Source of the DNA: Trueperaceae bacterium
GTDB taxonomy: Bacteria; Deinococcota; Deinococci; Deinococcales; Trueperaceae
Reading direction: 5' to 3'
Assembly: GCA_965214405.1 (NCBI GenBank)
Contig: OZ243956.1
Span: forward strand, 4,224,001 to 4,288,000
Length of the DNA: 64,000 nt
Program-made: the position numbers and the translations under genes
Notes under the pieces: model-generated
Databases searched by the model: none
Seen by the model: the letters and a program-made list of their open reading frames with translations, nothing else
Told to the model about the DNA's origin: nothing
In this document: positions 28,898-39,214 of the stretch, piece by piece
Layout of the letters: each line of letters opens with the position of its first letter
How positions within the stretch are numbered: position 1 is the stretch's first letter

Positions 28898-30973
28898 TCA
28901 TGGGTGGGTCTCGAGCAGCGCGTACCCGAACGCGGGCAGGGTCAGCGCGGCGTGACCGTCCGTCACCGTTTCGGTTCGCACCACGCTGCCGTTGCGGTCG
29001 AAAACCGTCACGTCGCCTAACGGGTTCGCCGTCGCCACGCTGATAGACGTCGGCCCCTCCGCAAAACTCTTGAACAGCGTCGCTTCGGCACCGTCGGGCG
29101 CGCGCCGCATGGCGCGAGACTCGACGAGCGGCTGCAAGAGCACCGCGTCGACGCGGGCCTCGCCCCACAAACCGGTCAGCGTGAGCGTTTGGGGACCTGC
29201 GCTCATTTGACCCGGCACCGCGAGGCCGTCCATCCACAGATAAGACGCCCCGCCCGCGCCGCCCTCGAAGTGGGTGAGGGGCGGCGCGTCGCCGAGTTGC
29301 GCGCGCACCGCCACCGCGCCGGGTTGCTTGTCGTAGACCATAAACAAACGATAGGTACCGTCACTGGGCAGTTCTACCGACAGGCTCACGGTGCCGCCGG
29401 GACCGAGGCGGGCGTATTGGCCCCCGCTCCAGAGCGCCTCGCCGGTCCAGGCGGCTTCGGGTGTGGCGCTCTCGGCGTCGCCCGTGAACCCTCCGGCTTC
29501 CGCTTCAACTTTCCTCCACGTCACCGCCTCTAGGGGTTCGGCGTACTCGAGATAATCTACCGCCACAGGGTCTTGCACAACCCTGAGCAGCCCGTATACC
29601 GCGGCAATCGTGGACTCGGCCCCGGCGTTCCGGTTGATGGTGCCGTCCTCGGCGAGCCCGTCGAAGCCGCGCCCCGTCGCCCTGTCAACCATCGGCTCGC
29701 CCGCCCGGTTGTTGCCCTCCCACCACGACGCCTGAAGCCCCGCCAGCACGCTATAGGCTGGTTTATCCGTCGCCTCACTCAGCGCCAGCAAATTCGTGAC
29801 CATCACCTCGTTGCCGTAGTTGATCTGGGTGAGGTCGTTGGGCGCGGGCAAAAGGCCGTTGATCGGGCCGGTGCTGATGAGCTGATGCACCATGAAATGG
29901 TTCGCTTCCCGTTCGGCTGAGGCGATCCAGTCGCGCCGCCCGAAGGTGTCCCCGGCGAGCGCCAACGCGCCCATCATTCTCGAGCCCCAAGCGTGCCAGT
30001 TACTCAGCGAGCCCGCCCAGGGAAGATGCGCTTCGAAGGGCCAGGTGACGGGACTACCAAACTGAAACTGCGCGATGGCGTCCGCGAGGGGCGCGGCCAA
30101 CCGCGCCGCCTGCGGGTCGCCGCTCGCCCGGTAGTAGGTAGTGAGCGCGATGAGCGCGATTGAGGACGCGTCCGCGCCGCCATTAATAAACCAGGCGGGG
30201 ACGGCGTAGCCGTGAAGGTCGGTGTACGTTCCGTAGTCGGGTTGAAGGAGGCGCTCGAGCGCCCCCATCGAAAGCTCCAGACGCGCCGCGAGCGCCTCCG
30301 CCAACTCGGGCTGCTCATCCTTAAAGACCTCGTAGCCCGCCGCCAACGCCCACATCCCGCGCGCGGCCCACCACGAGAACGCGGCGTCGGCGGGGTTCGG
30401 GTCGTCGGGCGGCGTCGGCGACGGGTTGAGCGCGCCGTCCGGCTGCATCCATAAGACGAAGTTGCCCGCCTCCGGCCCCTCCTGCGTTTGCATGTACATC
30501 ACAAAGCGCAGCGCGCCGTAAGCCATATCTCGACTGTGCGGGTCGCCGTAAAGCTCGTAGTGCTCTAGGTACACCAGCGCGGCGCGCGCCACGTCGTCCA
30601 GATTAAACGCGCCCTGTCCCCAGGTGTCGGCCTCGGCGTTATAGTCCCCGCCGCCTATGGCCCGGTAGGTGTCGGTTTCGGCGTCGTAGTCGGCGTAGGT
30701 CCACCAGGCGTCGAGGGGAACGCCGGGCTCGAGCGCGCTGTGACCGGCCACCGCAGCCTCGGGATAGGCGACGGTGGTGTGGAGCCAGTCTAAGTGCTCC
30801 AGACTAACCGGTGATTGAGCCGCTTGAGCGGATTGAGCCGGAGTGAGCGTGACAACGCCTAGTAGCGCCACCCCACACGTCAACGTTATCAGGAACTTCA
30901 TTGTCAGGAACTTCATTGTCAGGAACTTTGTCGCTAAAAACTTCGTCGCCAGGTTCTGCCTCGAGAAAGTCAC
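28898..30973 (-). CDS. Secreted putative glycoside hydrolase-like protein with CBM-like C-terminal module
   Basis: Signal peptide; DDVARA and NAGAEST motifs; VEAE... CBM-like segment; inside sugar ABC operon. Confidence 0.6.
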   Translation of the reverse strand: MTFSRQNLATKFLATKFLTMKFLTMKFLITLTCGVALLGVVTLTPAQSAQAAQSPVSLEHLDWLHTTVAYPEAAVAGHSALEPGVPLDAWWTYADYDAETDTYRAIGGGDYNAEADTWGQGAFNLDDVARAALVYLEHYELYGDPHSRDMAYGALRFVMYMQTQEGPEAGNFVLWMQPDGALNPSPTPPDDPNPADAAFSWWAARGMWALAAGYEVFKDEQPELAEALAARLELSMGALERLLQPDYGTYTDLHGYAVPAWFINGGADASSIALIALTTYYRASGDPQAARLAAPLADAIAQFQFGSPVTWPFEAHLPWAGSLSNWHAWGSRMMGALALAGDTFGRRDWIASAEREANHFMVHQLISTGPINGLLPAPNDLTQINYGNEVMVTNLLALSEATDKPAYSVLAGLQASWWEGNNRAGEPMVDRATGRGFDGLAEDGTINRNAGAESTIAAVYGLLRVVQDPVAVDYLEYAEPLEAVTWRKVEAEAGGFTGDAESATPEAAWTGEALWSGGQYARLGPGGTVSLSVELPSDGTYRLFMVYDKQPGAVAVRAQLGDAPPLTHFEGGAGGASYLWMDGLAVPGQMSAGPQTLTLTGLWGEARVDAVLLQPLVESRAMRRAPDGAEATLFKSFAEGPTSISVATANPLGDVTVFDRNGSVVRTETVTDGHAALTLPAFGYALLETHP
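30889..30948. repeat. Four imperfect 15-bp tandem repeats encoding TKFLA/TKFLT/MKFLT/MKFLI
   Basis: TCAGGAACTTCATTG x2 plus two degenerate copies. Confidence 0.8.
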
Positions 30974-31148
30974 ATGATCCCCCTGTCCGTACCCATAACT
31001 GTTGCCCGTAGCTGTTGCAGGTCAATGTGAGTTATCAAATTGGGGTGCGGGAGCGTGAACGCTGACCCAACGGTGGCAAGTGTCCACGCTCCCCACAATC
31101 CCCCTTGTTACTTTCCAAGCTCGCTACTCCCTACGCTTATTTCTGTCT

Positions 31149-32435
31149 CTACTGAATCATCGCCTCTATCGCCGCCTTGGCGTCCTGCCAGGCCTGCTGA
31201 GGGGTTTTGTCGCCCCTGGCGGCGGGGACGAAGCCCGCCTCTGAAAGCGTGGTTTGCAGGTCCTGGACGTTGCTGTTCGCGGGCGGCGGCACGGCGTAGG
31301 GGATTTCATCGGCGTAAGGCCCCAGTTCAGGATGAGCGCTCAAGTATTCCGCAAAGGTCTCGTTGGTGGTGAGGTCGCCCCGCGTCGGGGGCAAGTTGGT
31401 CACGTTCAGCCACTCTTGGTCGTGCGCGGGGTCGGAAAAAACCCAGGTGACGAAGTCCCAGGCGGCTTGCTGCTCTTCGGGCGTGGCCTGGCTGTAAATC
31501 ACGATGCCCTTGGCGTCGGCGAAGGTGTAGACGGGCGCGTCAGGCGCAGCGTCGTCGGGGACGGGCGGCGTCGCCAGGACGAAGTTTTGGTCCAGCGCGA
31601 AGTCGGGAAAGCGCTCGCTCCAGTCCGAAAAGGTCCACGGCCCCAAGTCCTGCCACACCGAGATGCCCTTAACAAAGGCGTCCTCGACGGTTTGCGTCAA
31701 CACGCAGTCGTTGCTGATTAGGTCCTGGTAAAAGCCGAACACGTTTTCGACCGCCGCGTCGTCCGCGGTGACCTCGCCGCCCTCGACAAAGGGCTGACCG
31801 CCGGACGCGGCGTCATAGAGCATAAAAAAGTCGAACCAGCGCTGCCACCAGGTGGTGGAAAGCAGGTCGGCTCGAGCGATCAAAAACTTGTCCGGGTAGG
31901 TTTCCTTAACCGCTCTACACGCGTCCAGTACCTCGCTATACGTGCGCGGCACCTCGGTAATGCCCACCTCGTTCAAGATGTCATTGCGCCAACCGAACAG
32001 CATTGCGTTGGTGTAGATCGGGAAGATATAGGTGTGACCGTCGGCGAAGGTCCAGCTCTGAATGGCCGTTTCCATCTCGCGCGCCGCGATGAGGTCGGCC
32101 CAACCGGGCAGCGTGTCCAAACTCACGACGGCCCCCGCGTTCTGAAGTTGCGCCCCGAACCCGACGAAAATATTTTCGGACAGCGTCGGCCCCGTTCCCC
32201 CCGCGAGAGACGCCAAAATAGCCGCCTCGGACGACGGCGTCTCGGGTATCGGCGTGACGGTAATGGTTACGTCCGGGTTGACCTGCTGGTACTCCTCGGC
32301 CATCTGCCGCCAGAAGTTGGCTTGGGGAGGGTTCGGGGCCGCCCAAAAGTCGATGTTTTGGGCCAACGCCGCGCCGAACCCCATTGACAGCACGGTTAAC
32401 AAGACAAGCCACATATTTTTTATTGATTTCATCAA
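31149..32435 (-). CDS. Sugar ABC transporter substrate-binding protein
   Basis: Signal peptide; NPDVTITVTPIP; AAWDFVTWV. Confidence 0.92.
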   Translation of the reverse strand: MMKSIKNMWLVLLTVLSMGFGAALAQNIDFWAAPNPPQANFWRQMAEEYQQVNPDVTITVTPIPETPSSEAAILASLAGGTGPTLSENIFVGFGAQLQNAGAVVSLDTLPGWADLIAAREMETAIQSWTFADGHTYIFPIYTNAMLFGWRNDILNEVGITEVPRTYSEVLDACRAVKETYPDKFLIARADLLSTTWWQRWFDFFMLYDAASGGQPFVEGGEVTADDAAVENVFGFYQDLISNDCVLTQTVEDAFVKGISVWQDLGPWTFSDWSERFPDFALDQNFVLATPPVPDDAAPDAPVYTFADAKGIVIYSQATPEEQQAAWDFVTWVFSDPAHDQEWLNVTNLPPTRGDLTTNETFAEYLSAHPELGPYADEIPYAVPPPANSNVQDLQTTLSEAGFVPAARGDKTPQQAWQDAKAAIEAMIQ

Positions 32436-32639
32436 CGCTCTCCCTTTGAACCTGTTGCTGATGCACCCTGAAGTTCGCCTGTGCGCTCACCCGTGATTAC
32501 AGCTACCCGTACGCCATTGCTGTCACCCCTTAGATCTGAACGTTTCGCCCCGGCTAAAGATTTTTCTAAAGAGGATTGGTGGAGAAAGGTAGAGGGACAC
32601 CCTCTGCGCTTCACACCAAACGCGTTGTGAATTGCGCGA

Positions 32640-32668
32640 ATGCTAGCACGGTGTCTAGGGCTTGTCAA
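32640..32668 (-). promoter_or_regulatory. Sigma70-type promoter of the sugar operon
   Basis: TTGACA (32663-32668), 17 nt, TAGCAT (32640-32645) with extended TG. Confidence 0.65.
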
Positions 32669-32685
32669 TCTCTTCGGTCAACCGG

Positions 32686-34044
32686 GGGTGCAACCCCAAA
32701 TAGGCGGATAGAAAAAGGGGCGTAGCAGCGGTAGAATGGCGGATGAAAACGAGCCAGACAGGTGATTGGAAAGAACGGGCGAAGGAAGCGTTTGGCAGGT
32801 ACTTAGAAGCTTTGGAACGAGACCTACCCGAAGATGCGGGTGTAGCCGAGGTTGAGACGGCGATGCTGGCGCATTATCAAGCGATGATGAGTGAGACTAT
32901 GCAAGCTCTGGCAGATAGCCGGAGCTTTTCCCCCCGAGCACAAAAGAGAAGTACCTGAAGGCTATTGGGGTAACGGCAAACGTCGCTGCGCGGTTAAGCA
33001 CTTGTGGGGCCGGGTCTATGTCGAGGTACAAAGGCTGGTTGATAGAGAGGGTCGAGCCAAACAAGCTATCCTCGATAGACGCTTAGACCATTCGGGCTGG
33101 ACGCCCAAAGCCTTAGCTTGCCTGACCGACTTAGCAGCGCGCGTGCCCTTAGAAGAAGGCGCTTACATCGCGCGCAACTTCGGCCTGAGGATTAGCTCGT
33201 CAGAATTAGACCGCTTGCAACGCCCCTACGCTGAGGCGTGTCGAGCCGAGGTGGCAGACAGACTGTTGTCTTGTTCAGAGCCTGAAGCGGCACGCCGACA
33301 AGGACGCGTCATGGTGTTGCAAATGGACGGCGTCTACGTCTTAGGGCAACCTGAACAGGGGCTATGTCCTGGCCTGGAACTCAAAACAGCCGTACTTTAT
33401 CCGCAAGCCGCTCCGAGTCAGCGCTGGATGTTGGCCGAACGCTGCTGTGCCGAAGACTTTGTCACGCTCGTGGCGGGTTTACTCAACGAAGCCGGAGTCA
33501 CCCCCGCGGATACGCTGCTCGGTTTGGGTGATGGAGCCGTTTGGATTGACAACATCTTTTGTCATCTCGACGCCGTAAGAATCACCGACGTCTACCACGC
33601 CACTCAGTACCTCGACACCATCATGCAAGCACTGGCTTGGGATGAAGACCTAAGAACGCGCCACCGCTGTGACTGGTATCGGGGTCAGCTCAACGCCCGT
33701 GACTGGCTCGCTCACCACCTTCCTAAACCCGAGGTCTGGCTCACCTGGGATGACAAAGCGCAAACTGCTCTAAAGTATCTTGAAACCCGGCTTGACAGTA
33801 TGGATTATGCTCGGTTCACAGAAAAAGGCTATCCCATCGGTTCAGGGCAAATCGAAGGGATGAACAAAGCCGTTATCGGAAACCGTATGAAAAGAAGCGG
33901 GATGCACTGGTCCAAACAAGGTGCTGCCAGTATGGCCTCTTTGCGTGCCCAGACCTGTGCCAAACATTCCCTCATTGACTTTGGGCAGCTCAGGCACCTC
34001 GCTTACCCTGCCCCGGCTTAATCCGACACTAGCGGGCTGCACCC
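32686..34044 (+). mobile_element. Complete IS of the prokaryotic Mutator-type DDE group (ISKra4/ISLre2-like), 1359 bp, 9-bp TSD
   Basis: Imperfect TIRs GGGTGCAACCC/GGGCTGCACCC; TSD GTCAACCGG at 32677-32685 and 34045-34053; overlapping ORFs 32743-32958 and 32891-34021 around TTTTCCCCC; GDGAVWI, DVYHA, IGSGQIEG...RMKRSGMHW. Confidence 0.9.
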
Positions 34045-34299
34045 GTCAACCGGTCAACCGGCAGGCTCTTATCATGAACATCATAAAGAAAGCTATAAGA
34101 ATGCGTTTCTGCTTTCCTAGAGACGAAAGTACCGAATACCCAGGACTGAGTTCAAAGTGTCTCACTCGGGACTCTTTCGGTACTCTTCTCTCTAACGCTC
34201 CCAAAGAGACGTGCTGATAAAAGTCTGGTCAACCGGGCGCAAGTCAACGTGTCGGGCAAGAAGAGGCGTGGTGACGCAAACGTGGCGTGGGAGACGAGC

Positions 34300-34670
34300 G
34301 GCTGTTTAGAACAGCGCCTGGCTCTTAAAGAAGCTTTGCGTCCTGCTGCCCATGCGCAACCGCCGCGCCCCGGACTGTTTCATGCGGAAACCGATGACGC
34401 TCTCGTTCACGTTTTCGATCTGGCCGGAGCCGATGGCTAAGCCGCGTGTTTTGTGGCTGGGATCATCCATGTGGTGTTGACGTTTATGCAAGTAGCGTCA
34501 GGCCGTTTGGACCTCTCTGTTTTCACTAATTTGTCTTCACTGAATTTGTCTTCACTGCACGGGAGACGCGACTCGTGAAGCTGCTCGCGCAACCAGGCGG
34601 CGGCGTCAATTTCGCCCCGCAGCCGCGCACCTTTTGTCGCGGCACGCTGCTGCTCATCCCGGCCGAGGGT
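34300..34670 (-). pseudogene. Degraded remnant of a related Mutator-type transposase
   Basis: LAIGSGQIENVNESVIGFRMKQSG fragment parallels the C-terminus of the adjacent transposase; boundaries approximate. Confidence 0.7.
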
Positions 34671-34794
34671 TTACATATTACATTAAGGTTACACAAGGGT
34701 GCCGAAGTGGGAACTGCTGGTAAACGTCGGTGACGGGCTCAACGCCCAGACGGCGGCTCGAGAGACAAAAGGTGAGGAGATAAAATGTGAGAGG

Positions 34795-34891
34795 CAAAAA
34801 GAAGACCCCGCTTGGGCAACGGGGTAAAGGAGAGAGGTAAGCACGTTGTGATGGTGTTGGCGCTGATGCTCGTGCTTACCTGAAAAGAGTT
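34795..34891 (-). ncRNA. Candidate small RNA divergent from uxaB
   Basis: TACACT -10 (34898-34903); 11-bp perfect stem AGGTAAGCACG/CGTGCTTACCT; CUCUCUCCUUU linker; ACCCCG/CGGGGT terminator then CUUCUUUUU. Confidence 0.45.
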
Positions 34892-34996
34892 TAAGACAGT
34901 GTACCTGACGGCGTTCTTACGTTTTCGAGTAAGATTTGTGTAAGGCGCGTGTAAGATTCTCCCGTTACGGCCCCGGGTGTCCTGTAGACTTGGGCT

Positions 34997-36439
34997 ATGC
35001 TCCCCAGAACCCGAAGCCACACCGAGCGCGTCGTCCAGTTCGGCACGGGCAACTTTTTAAGGGCTTTCGTCGATTGGCAGCTCGACGTCATCAACGAACA
35101 TACGGCCTTCGACGCGGGCGTCGTCATGCTCAAGTCCACCGATTCGGCGAGGGCGTCTCTAAACGAGCAGGACGGACTCTATACCGTGCTGCTTCGCGGC
35201 CTGGACGACGCGGGTGAGGTGGTGGACGAGGCGCGGCTCATCCAGTCGGTGACGCGTCAACTGGATATCGCGGAGGCGTTCGGCGACTTTTTGGCGTTGG
35301 CGCGTGACCCAAACATAGAATTCGTCTTTTCCAACACCACCGAAGCGGGTATCCGCTTTGAGGCGGGGGATAAGTTTGAGGACGCCCCACCCGCCTCGTT
35401 CCCCGCCAAGCTCACGCGCTTTATGTTCGAACGTTACCGGGCCTTTTCGGGAGCGGCTGAAAAGGGTCTGGTCATCGTCCCTTGCGAACTCATCGACCAC
35501 AACGGCGACACGCTAAAAGGGTCCGTTCGGCGCTACGCCGAGCTGTGGGATTTGCCCGACGGGTTTGGAAATTGGCTCGAGCGCGCCAACACCTTTTGCA
35601 ACACACTGGTCGACCGCATCGTGACGGGGTATCCGGCGGACGCTGAGGTAGTGCTCGAGCGTCTCGGCTACGATGACGCCTTTTTGAGTGTGGCTGAGCC
35701 CTATTACTTTTTCGCCATTCAGGGACCGGAAGATTTAGCCCAGCGGTTGCACCTAGATGAGGTCGACCTGCCCCACGTCCACATCGCTGACGACATCACC
35801 CCCTTCAAAACGCGCAAGGTGGGCCTTCTCAACGGGGCGCACACCCTGATGGTGCCGGTGGCTTATTTGTGCGGTTTAGACACTGTAAAGGACGCTGTAG
35901 AGCATCCGCTAATAAACGCGTTCGTCCGGAACGCCATTTTTGATGAAGTCATCCCCGCGCTGCCCCTTCCCGCGGACGACTTACGCAGCTTTGCCGAGGA
36001 GGTGTTCAGGCGTTTTCGCAACCCGTTTGTCGAGCACAAGCTCCTGGACATCTCGCTCAATTCGGTGGCGAAATTCAAGGCGCGGCTGCTGCCGCAACTC
36101 CTGAGTTATTCTGAAACTCACGGCGACGCGCCGCTGAGGCTGAGTTTCGCGCTCGCAGGGCTTATCATGTTTTACAAAGGCGAACGGGACGGCGCGCCCT
36201 TCACGCTACGCGACAGCGAAGAGGTGTTGACGCTTTTTGGTGAGGCCTGGCGCGCTTATCAAAAAGGCGAGACGGCTCTAAGAGATGTGACGGACAGCGT
36301 CTTGGGCCATGAACCGTTCTGGGAACAGGATTTGCGCGAAATAAGCGGGTTGAGCGAACGGGTTAGAGTGGGGCTCGAGCAGATCGAAGAGAAAGGCATG
36401 GTCGGCGCGCTCGAGGCCTTGAAAGCAGGTTCATCCTAA
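34997..36439 (+). CDS. uxaB: Tagaturonate reductase (altronate oxidoreductase)
   Basis: QFGTGNFLRAFVDW, SNTTEAGI, PCELI, LVDRIVTG, LNGAHT, RFRNPF. Confidence 0.93.
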   Translation: MLPRTRSHTERVVQFGTGNFLRAFVDWQLDVINEHTAFDAGVVMLKSTDSARASLNEQDGLYTVLLRGLDDAGEVVDEARLIQSVTRQLDIAEAFGDFLALARDPNIEFVFSNTTEAGIRFEAGDKFEDAPPASFPAKLTRFMFERYRAFSGAAEKGLVIVPCELIDHNGDTLKGSVRRYAELWDLPDGFGNWLERANTFCNTLVDRIVTGYPADAEVVLERLGYDDAFLSVAEPYYFFAIQGPEDLAQRLHLDEVDLPHVHIADDITPFKTRKVGLLNGAHTLMVPVAYLCGLDTVKDAVEHPLINAFVRNAIFDEVIPALPLPADDLRSFAEEVFRRFRNPFVEHKLLDISLNSVAKFKARLLPQLLSYSETHGDAPLRLSFALAGLIMFYKGERDGAPFTLRDSEEVLTLFGEAWRAYQKGETALRDVTDSVLGHEPFWEQDLREISGLSERVRVGLEQIEEKGMVGALEALKAGSS

Positions 36440-36537
36440 AATGCTAGCTTCACCCTCGAGGCGTACGGCAGTTATGAAGTAGTAATGCAGTAGTAATGCA
36501 GTGGCGAAAACAATGCAGTGACGAAAGCAGGTTCACC

Positions 36538-39198
36538 GTGACACATTCTTTTCAAGAGGTCGCCCGTCTAGCTCATCCCGGAGACAACTGCGCCGTCGCA
36601 ACGCGCACCCTAAAGCCTGGCGCGAACCTGTTTTTTGAGGGAGAAACGCTGACGCTGACGCACACGGTATTAGAGGGCCACCGTTTCGCCGTTCGTGGGG
36701 TCGCGCAAGGCGAGTCTCTGCTGTCGTGGCACACGCCTTTTGGTCGGGCCAGCGCGCCGATTGAGCCGGGCGACTACCTCTGTAACCCTACCGTGCTCGA
36801 GAATCTGATAACGCGTAAGTTGGGGCTCGAGCTGCCCCAAACGCCCAACTTTGTCGACGAGATTCCCCCGCTGGACAAAACGACGCTGCACCTCAGCCCG
36901 GCCCCGCCGGTCGCGCGTTACGACGCGCCGGGGAGCTTTGCGGGTTACCCTCGCCCGGGCGGGCGCGGCGCGGGCACGCGTAACACCGTCGTCTTGCTCG
37001 GCACCTCGTCGCTCACGGGGAGTTTTGTGAGGGAACTCGAGGCGCGGCTCCGGCCTCTGGCAAATGCCTATCCTCATATCGACGACGTCGTCGCGGTGGC
37101 GCACACCGAAGGGGCTTATGGCGAACCGAACAACCGCGACATGCTGCTGCGCACGCTGGCGGGTTTTATGGTGCATCCGAACGTCGGGGCGGTGCTGGCG
37201 GTCGATGCGGGCATGGAGGCCGTGAATAACGGGGCGCTTAAAACGTTCATAGCCGCACAGGGCTACCCCCTGGCGCACGTGCCCCACCACTTTATGAGCC
37301 GAAGCGGAAGCTTTACGGGTGACCTGACGACCGCCGAGCGGGTGGTGACGGGCTGGTTGACTGAGGTCAATGCCAACAAGCGCCAAGACGTTCCTTTGTC
37401 CCACCTCAAGGTCGCCTTGCAGTGCGGCGGCTCGGACGCGTTTTCGGGCATCTCGGGCAATCCGCTGGTCGCCTGGGTCGCGCGGGAAATCATCCGGCAC
37501 GGCGGCAGCGCGAACCTAGCCGAAACGGACGAGCTTATCGGCGCGGAGGCGTATCTTCTTAGCAGGGTTCGCAACGAAGCGGTCGGCGAAAAGTTTTTGG
37601 CGACCTTGGAGCGCTTCAACACCTGGGCCGCGCGCCACGGGCACTCCGCCGCAGGCAATCCTTCGGGCGGCAACGTGCTGCGCGGGCTCTACAACATCTA
37701 CCTCAAATCCCTGGGCGCGGCCATGAAGCGCCCGCCCGACGTGCCTTTAGACGCAGTGATCGACTACGCCGAGCCCATGAGCACAGCGGGCTACACCTTT
37801 ATGGACAGTCCGGGCAACGATTTGGAAAGCGTCGCCGGGCAGGTCGCCGCGGGCTGCAATCTCATCTATTTTGTGACTGGCAACGGCTCGATTACCAACT
37901 TCCCGTTTGTTCCGACGCTCAAGGTGGTGACGACGAGCGAGCGCTACCGGCTTCTTTCCAAAGAAATGGACGTGAACGCTGGAAGCTATCTCGAGGGTTT
38001 CCCAATGGACGATCTAGGGCTCGAGACCTTTGCGCTCTCGCTCAAAGTCGCCTCCGGAGGGCGCAGCGTGGGCGAGGTGGCGGGGCACGCCCAGGTGCAG
38101 ATTTGGCGTAATTGGCAACTTTCGGAAGGCTCCAATCTAACAACGCGTCCATCAGGAAGACCAACGCCGACGGGAGAGCCCATCCCTTTGAGGTGTGACG
38201 TAACCTTGCCGGAGCGCCGCTTTAGCCTCTACCGCACGGCTTCGGGCGTCGCCAGCCAACAGCTCGGTCTGGTTTTGCCCACGAGCCTGTGCGCCGGGCA
38301 GGTAGGCCGTCTCATCGTCGGACGCTTGAACGAACAGTTTGAGAACCATGACGGTGTCGGCGGCTTTGTGAGTCTGCTCCACACCGAAGGCTGCGGCGGT
38401 TCGGGCAGCCCCGAACTCGTGCCTACGCTGCTGGGCCACGCCACGCATCCGCTGGTGCGTTTTGCCTTGCTACTCGAGCACGGCTGCGAAAAAACCCATA
38501 ATGCCTATTTTAGAGAGCGTATGGAGGAGCGAGGGGTGGACCCTGACCGCTTTGGTTGGGCGAGCATCCAGCTCGACGGGGGCATCGCGCAAGTTTCGGA
38601 AAAAGTGTCGCGGTGGTTTGCCCAGAGGCTGGCGGGCGCTCCGGCGTTGGAGCGGGTAGAGGTCGGGCTCGAGGCGCTGCGAATCGGCTTCATGGCGGCG
38701 GAGGCTCCGCCAGCGGACGTGACGCGGGAATTCGCCCATTTGATTCAAGGAATTGTGGCGGCGGGCGGGACGGTCGTCGTTCCCGAGCAGGCGCAGCTTC
38801 AGGAGGTGTTGGGGGTGCTCGGGGTAGGCACCACAACCCCAAGCCTCAGTTACGCCCAGAGCGCTACACGACCGGGCTTTCACCTCATGGACGGGGCCGG
38901 AACCGCGCCGCACTGGGTCGAAACCCTGACGGGCTTAGGCGCGACGGGCGCCGAACTCATCCTCGCTTACGTCGGCAGCAGCGCGCGCCAGGGTCACCCG
39001 TTCGTGCCCGTGTTGCAGGTGAGCGACCGCGTGGTGAGTGATATGGACTTTGTTCTCAGCGGCGAAGCTGAGGGGTGGGTAGAAGAGCTTTTAGACAAGG
39101 TGGTGGCGACGTTGGAGGGTTCCTATAAACCTAACGCCGCCAAACAGGGCAACGTTGATTTTCAGCTCACCAGGGGCGCGTTGGGCGTGTCGCTCTGA
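36538..39198 (+). CDS. uxaA: UxaA/GarD-family altronate dehydratase with SAF domain and extra degenerate C-terminal copy (start approximate)
   Basis: HPGDNCAVA, LQCGGSDAFSGISGNP, AETDELIGAE, MDSPGND. Confidence 0.8.
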   Translation: MTHSFQEVARLAHPGDNCAVATRTLKPGANLFFEGETLTLTHTVLEGHRFAVRGVAQGESLLSWHTPFGRASAPIEPGDYLCNPTVLENLITRKLGLELPQTPNFVDEIPPLDKTTLHLSPAPPVARYDAPGSFAGYPRPGGRGAGTRNTVVLLGTSSLTGSFVRELEARLRPLANAYPHIDDVVAVAHTEGAYGEPNNRDMLLRTLAGFMVHPNVGAVLAVDAGMEAVNNGALKTFIAAQGYPLAHVPHHFMSRSGSFTGDLTTAERVVTGWLTEVNANKRQDVPLSHLKVALQCGGSDAFSGISGNPLVAWVAREIIRHGGSANLAETDELIGAEAYLLSRVRNEAVGEKFLATLERFNTWAARHGHSAAGNPSGGNVLRGLYNIYLKSLGAAMKRPPDVPLDAVIDYAEPMSTAGYTFMDSPGNDLESVAGQVAAGCNLIYFVTGNGSITNFPFVPTLKVVTTSERYRLLSKEMDVNAGSYLEGFPMDDLGLETFALSLKVASGGRSVGEVAGHAQVQIWRNWQLSEGSNLTTRPSGRPTPTGEPIPLRCDVTLPERRFSLYRTASGVASQQLGLVLPTSLCAGQVGRLIVGRLNEQFENHDGVGGFVSLLHTEGCGGSGSPELVPTLLGHATHPLVRFALLLEHGCEKTHNAYFRERMEERGVDPDRFGWASIQLDGGIAQVSEKVSRWFAQRLAGAPALERVEVGLEALRIGFMAAEAPPADVTREFAHLIQGIVAAGGTVVVPEQAQLQEVLGVLGVGTTTPSLSYAQSATRPGFHLMDGAGTAPHWVETLTGLGATGAELILAYVGSSARQGHPFVPVLQVSDRVVSDMDFVLSGEAEGWVEELLDKVVATLEGSYKPNAAKQGNVDFQLTRGALGVSL

Positions 39199-39214
39199 AG
39201 ATTCGGGGAGCAAG

